DNA of 64,000 nt from an uncultured Pseudomonadota bacterium (GTDB lineage Bacteria > Pseudomonadota > Alphaproteobacteria > Rs-D84). The notes below the pieces were generated by a model. It did no database searches and was not told the origin of the DNA. It saw only the letters and a program-made list of their open reading frames with translations. Location: assembly GCA_902762295.1 (NCBI GenBank), contig CACWNX010000001.1, positions 465,671 to 529,670 on the forward strand. Direction: 5' to 3'. Shown here one piece after another: positions 61,500-64,000 of the stretch. The stretch's first letter is position 1. The number at the start of each line of letters is the position of its first letter. Position numbers and translations under genes: made by a program.

Positions 61500-62858
61500 T
61501 TATTTCAATAATTCCAAGACTGCATTTGGAACATCGCCGATTTTGACGCGAACCTGTTCCATGGTATCGCGATATCGCAGGGTGACCATATTATCATCCA
61601 ATGTTTGATGGTCAACCGTTATGCACACCGGCGTTCCAATTTCATCGTGACGGCGATAGTTCTTACCAATGTTGCCGGAATTTTCTAATTCAATACGCCC
61701 AATTCCCAATGCGCGCAAATCGTTTTCAATGTTTTCGGCAATGCCAACCAATTCTGGCACATTGCGCGCCAACGGAATTACCGCCGCTTTGACCGGTGCC
61801 AATTTGGGTTTTAATTTCAAAACTGTGCGCGTTTTGCCATCCGCCAAAGTTTCTTCGGTGTATGCCTCTATCATCAGTGCCATCATCGCGCGATTCACAC
61901 CCATTGCGGTTTCAATTACATACGGAATAAAACTTTCGCCGGTTTGTGGGTCTGAATATGCCAATTTAACGGTGCTGTCTTTATTTTCCATAACACGTGC
62001 CGCAATTTTAAATTCGCTTTGCGATTTTGTATGCGACCCCAGGTCAAAGTCTTGCCGATTGTGAACACCTTCAACTTCGTCAAATCCATCGGGAAATTCG
62101 TATTCAATATCGCCGGCAGCCTTGGCATAGTGTGCAAGTTTTTCATGCGGTGTAAAGCGCAATTTTTCCGCCGGTATTCCAAGGACATTTGTCCACCATG
62201 CAATACGCGCATCGCGCCAAGATTCAAAATATTTTGCATCTTCACCCGGACGCACAAAGTATTGCATTTCTGCCTGTTCAAATTCACGCATACGAAAAAC
62301 AAATCCACGTGGGGAAATCTCGTTACGAAACGCTTTACCAATTTGGGCGATACCAAACGGTAATTTATGCGGTGTCGCATCCAATACATTTTTAAAATTT
62401 ATATACGTCGTCGTTGCCGTTTCAGGCCGCAAGTATGCGTTTATTGCACCATCCGCCACCGCACCAATAGACAGTCCCATCATCAGTTGGTATTCGCGTG
62501 GCGGCATTAAATCGGTTGAACCACAGTTATCACATTTTGTCTGGTCACGCATTTTATCTTGGCGCATACGGGCGCCACACTTTTTGCATTCCACCAATGG
62601 GTCAGAAAAACCGCCTTCGTGTCCCGAATATTTCCACATTAACCGATTGCCAATCAGTGATGCATCTAAACCCTCTATATCATTACGGGAATATACCATC
62701 GCATTCCACCATGCATTGCGTATATTCTTCATCAGTTCAACGCCATACGGACCATAGTCATATGTTCCGCCCAATCCACCATAAATTTCAGACCCAGTGA
62801 ATATAAAACCGCGCCGTTTACACAGTGCAACAATATCATTAACATTTTTTGCCGGCAT
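61500..62858 (-). CDS. glyQS: Glycyl-tRNA synthetase, dimeric (alpha2) type
   Basis: MPAKNVNDIVALCKRRGFIFTGSEIYGGLGGTYDYGPYG.. N-terminus of class II alpha2 GlyRS; Zn/insertion region ..CKKCGARMRQD..CDNCGS..; 452 aa. Confidence 0.85.
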   Translation of the reverse strand: MPAKNVNDIVALCKRRGFIFTGSEIYGGLGGTYDYGPYGVELMKNIRNAWWNAMVYSRNDIEGLDASLIGNRLMWKYSGHEGGFSDPLVECKKCGARMRQDKMRDQTKCDNCGSTDLMPPREYQLMMGLSIGAVADGAINAYLRPETATTTYINFKNVLDATPHKLPFGIAQIGKAFRNEISPRGFVFRMREFEQAEMQYFVRPGEDAKYFESWRDARIAWWTNVLGIPAEKLRFTPHEKLAHYAKAAGDIEYEFPDGFDEVEGVHNRQDFDLGSHTKSQSEFKIAARVMENKDSTVKLAYSDPQTGESFIPYVIETAMGVNRAMMALMIEAYTEETLADGKTRTVLKLKPKLAPVKAAVIPLARNVPELVGIAENIENDLRALGIGRIELENSGNIGKNYRRHDEIGTPVCITVDHQTLDDNMVTLRYRDTMEQVRVKIGDVPNAVLELLK

Positions 62859-62968
62859 AATCTAACCCTTTTGTTTTTCCGTATAAGTATTATATTTTAT
62901 TCCGCATTTTGCAACCGTTTTTCGCATAAAAATTGGGGGCAACGCCCCCAAAATATTTGGATAATTCA

Positions 62969-63148
62969 CTATTGTGCCGGGGCGATTGCCGAAACCGGGC
63001 AAACCGATGCACATGTCCCGCACGACACACACTTTGCCGGGTCAATAACGCATTTGCCATCTGAATCCACCGAAATTGCCATCATTGGGCAAACCGCCAT
63101 GCATGAATGACAACCGATACATTTATTTTTATCTATTTTGTATGCCAT
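62969..63148 (-). CDS. fdx: 2[4Fe-4S] ferredoxin (59 aa)
   Basis: 59-aa minus-strand ORF below the ORF-track size cutoff: MAYKIDKNKCIGCHSCMAVCPMMAISVDSDGKCVIDPAKCVSCGTCASVCPVSAIAPAQ, two CxxCxxCxxxCP motifs. Confidence 0.7.
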   Translation of the reverse strand: MAYKIDKNKCIGCHSCMAVCPMMAISVDSDGKCVIDPAKCVSCGTCASVCPVSAIAPAQ

Positions 63149-63168
63149 TTTTACACTCCATTTTCATT

Positions 63169-63876
63169 TTAATTTCTGTTTAATAATCCCAAAACATATT
63201 GAAACATCGCGATGAACGATATATACAGGTGCAGCGCGCCCAGTACCGCCAACTGGTCTTTCTGGGTATCATCCCCCAGGACTTCGTATGAACGTTTCAG
63301 TGTCTGCATATCATATGCGGTAAACAACGCGAACACCAATACACCGATTGCACAGACGATTGTTGAAAATACGCCACCCAATGTCCAAATCATAGACACA
63401 ATGCCAACCAGAATTAACCCAATCATACCCATCATCAGGAATATTCCAAGAAACGAAAGGTCTTTTGCGGTTTTATATCCGAATCCCGCCATAAATCCGA
63501 ACATTAATGCCGCAATTATAAATGCCCACAAAATAGATGCCGGATTAACCGCCAATCCACCCCATATAATCGGTGTTAGGCCTAATCCAATCAGAACCGC
63601 ATATATAAACAATAATATCGCCGCCACGGTTGGACGCATTGAAAACGCACGCGCCTGGGCCCAGATGGACAGTGCCAACCCACCAAATATCACAATATAG
63701 AAAAATGGTGTCATTCCGCCATCAGATACCAACCAACGGATTCCCCCAAGATATATTGTAATAAACGCCGTCAGTGCCGTCACGCCGACCGCACCGAACA
63801 TAAGTGTAAATATTTTTTTCAGGTACATTTCAATTCCGCCACCAACTTTTTTTGTAGCAACAGATTTTTTTGGCAT
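63169..63876 (-). CDS. Bax-inhibitor-1/YccA-family membrane protein
   Basis: Seven predicted TM helices; C-terminal ..LGALHLYISFIAMFQYVLGLL.. typical of BI-1/YccA. The start may be the downstream Met (MYLKKIF..). Confidence 0.7.
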   Translation of the reverse strand: MPKKSVATKKVGGGIEMYLKKIFTLMFGAVGVTALTAFITIYLGGIRWLVSDGGMTPFFYIVIFGGLALSIWAQARAFSMRPTVAAILLFIYAVLIGLGLTPIIWGGLAVNPASILWAFIIAALMFGFMAGFGYKTAKDLSFLGIFLMMGMIGLILVGIVSMIWTLGGVFSTIVCAIGVLVFALFTAYDMQTLKRSYEVLGDDTQKDQLAVLGALHLYISFIAMFQYVLGLLNRN

Positions 63877-63961
63877 AATTTTTTCTCCTTGTTAGTTCGT
63901 GAAATATATAATACAATATAGGTACATTTTCAAGGAATAAAAATCAAAAGGAGATAATAAT

Positions 63962-64000
63962 ATGCCACGCAAAGATACAACAAAAGACCCAATTAATAAG
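63962..64000 (+). CDS. 5' end of an unidentified CDS running off the window
   Basis: AAAGGAGATAATAAT, then ATG at 63962 (MPRKDTTKDPINK..); open to the window end. Confidence 0.3.
   Translation, partial: MPRKDTTKDPINK

Noticed and set aside
62871-63110. 79-aa plus-strand ORF
   Set aside because: Antisense to the 59-aa 2[4Fe-4S] ferredoxin, which has clear CxxCxxCxxxCP motifs. The ferredoxin frame was preferred.
63212-63700. 162-aa plus-strand ORF
   Set aside because: Antisense to the BI-1/YccA-family gene; Asn/Ile-rich translation.

Overview
This 64-kb window reads as chromosomal DNA from a low-GC (about 40%) proteobacterium, most consistent with a host-associated alphaproteobacterium. The pointers are the rpmF-plsX-fabH-ihfA gene order, an olsB-olsA ornithine-lipid pair, an LDH-like malate dehydrogenase, a gyrA with an acidic C-terminal insertion, an Omp25/31-type beta-barrel outer-membrane protein, and many signal-peptide and Cys-rich proteins. 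The conserved backbone is tRNA-Trp-secE-nusG-rplKAJL-rpoBC, gyrA, dnaQ, a UvrD-like helicase, PBP1A, rpmE/rpmH/rpmF, proS, a dimeric-type GlyRS, sodB, cvpA, hemW and pepO. The accessory content worth attention is as follows. (1) An array of five paralogous polytopic membrane proteins with TrbL/VirB6-like features, one divergent plus four translationally coupled, with no other T4SS genes nearby. (2) A roughly 5-kb insertion that splits the rpmF-plsX | fabH-ihfA operon next to the 3' end of a tRNA-Arg(CCU). It carries a PLD-type lipoprotein, a 751-aa secreted protein with a Ser/Thr-rich linker and a Cys-rich domain, and an orphan MerT-like metal transporter. (3) A second tRNA-flanked block (tRNA-Thr) encoding three secreted proteins, including an S1 trypsin-like protease, preceded by a leader with alternative CCUCCAACCA hairpins. 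(4) A repeat-built hairpin spacer between rpoB and rpoC. (5) A short intergenic motif, TTTCYGGGC, that recurs five times. I found no CRISPR array, transposase, integrase or rRNA gene. All functional calls come from reading the translations by eye, with no database search.
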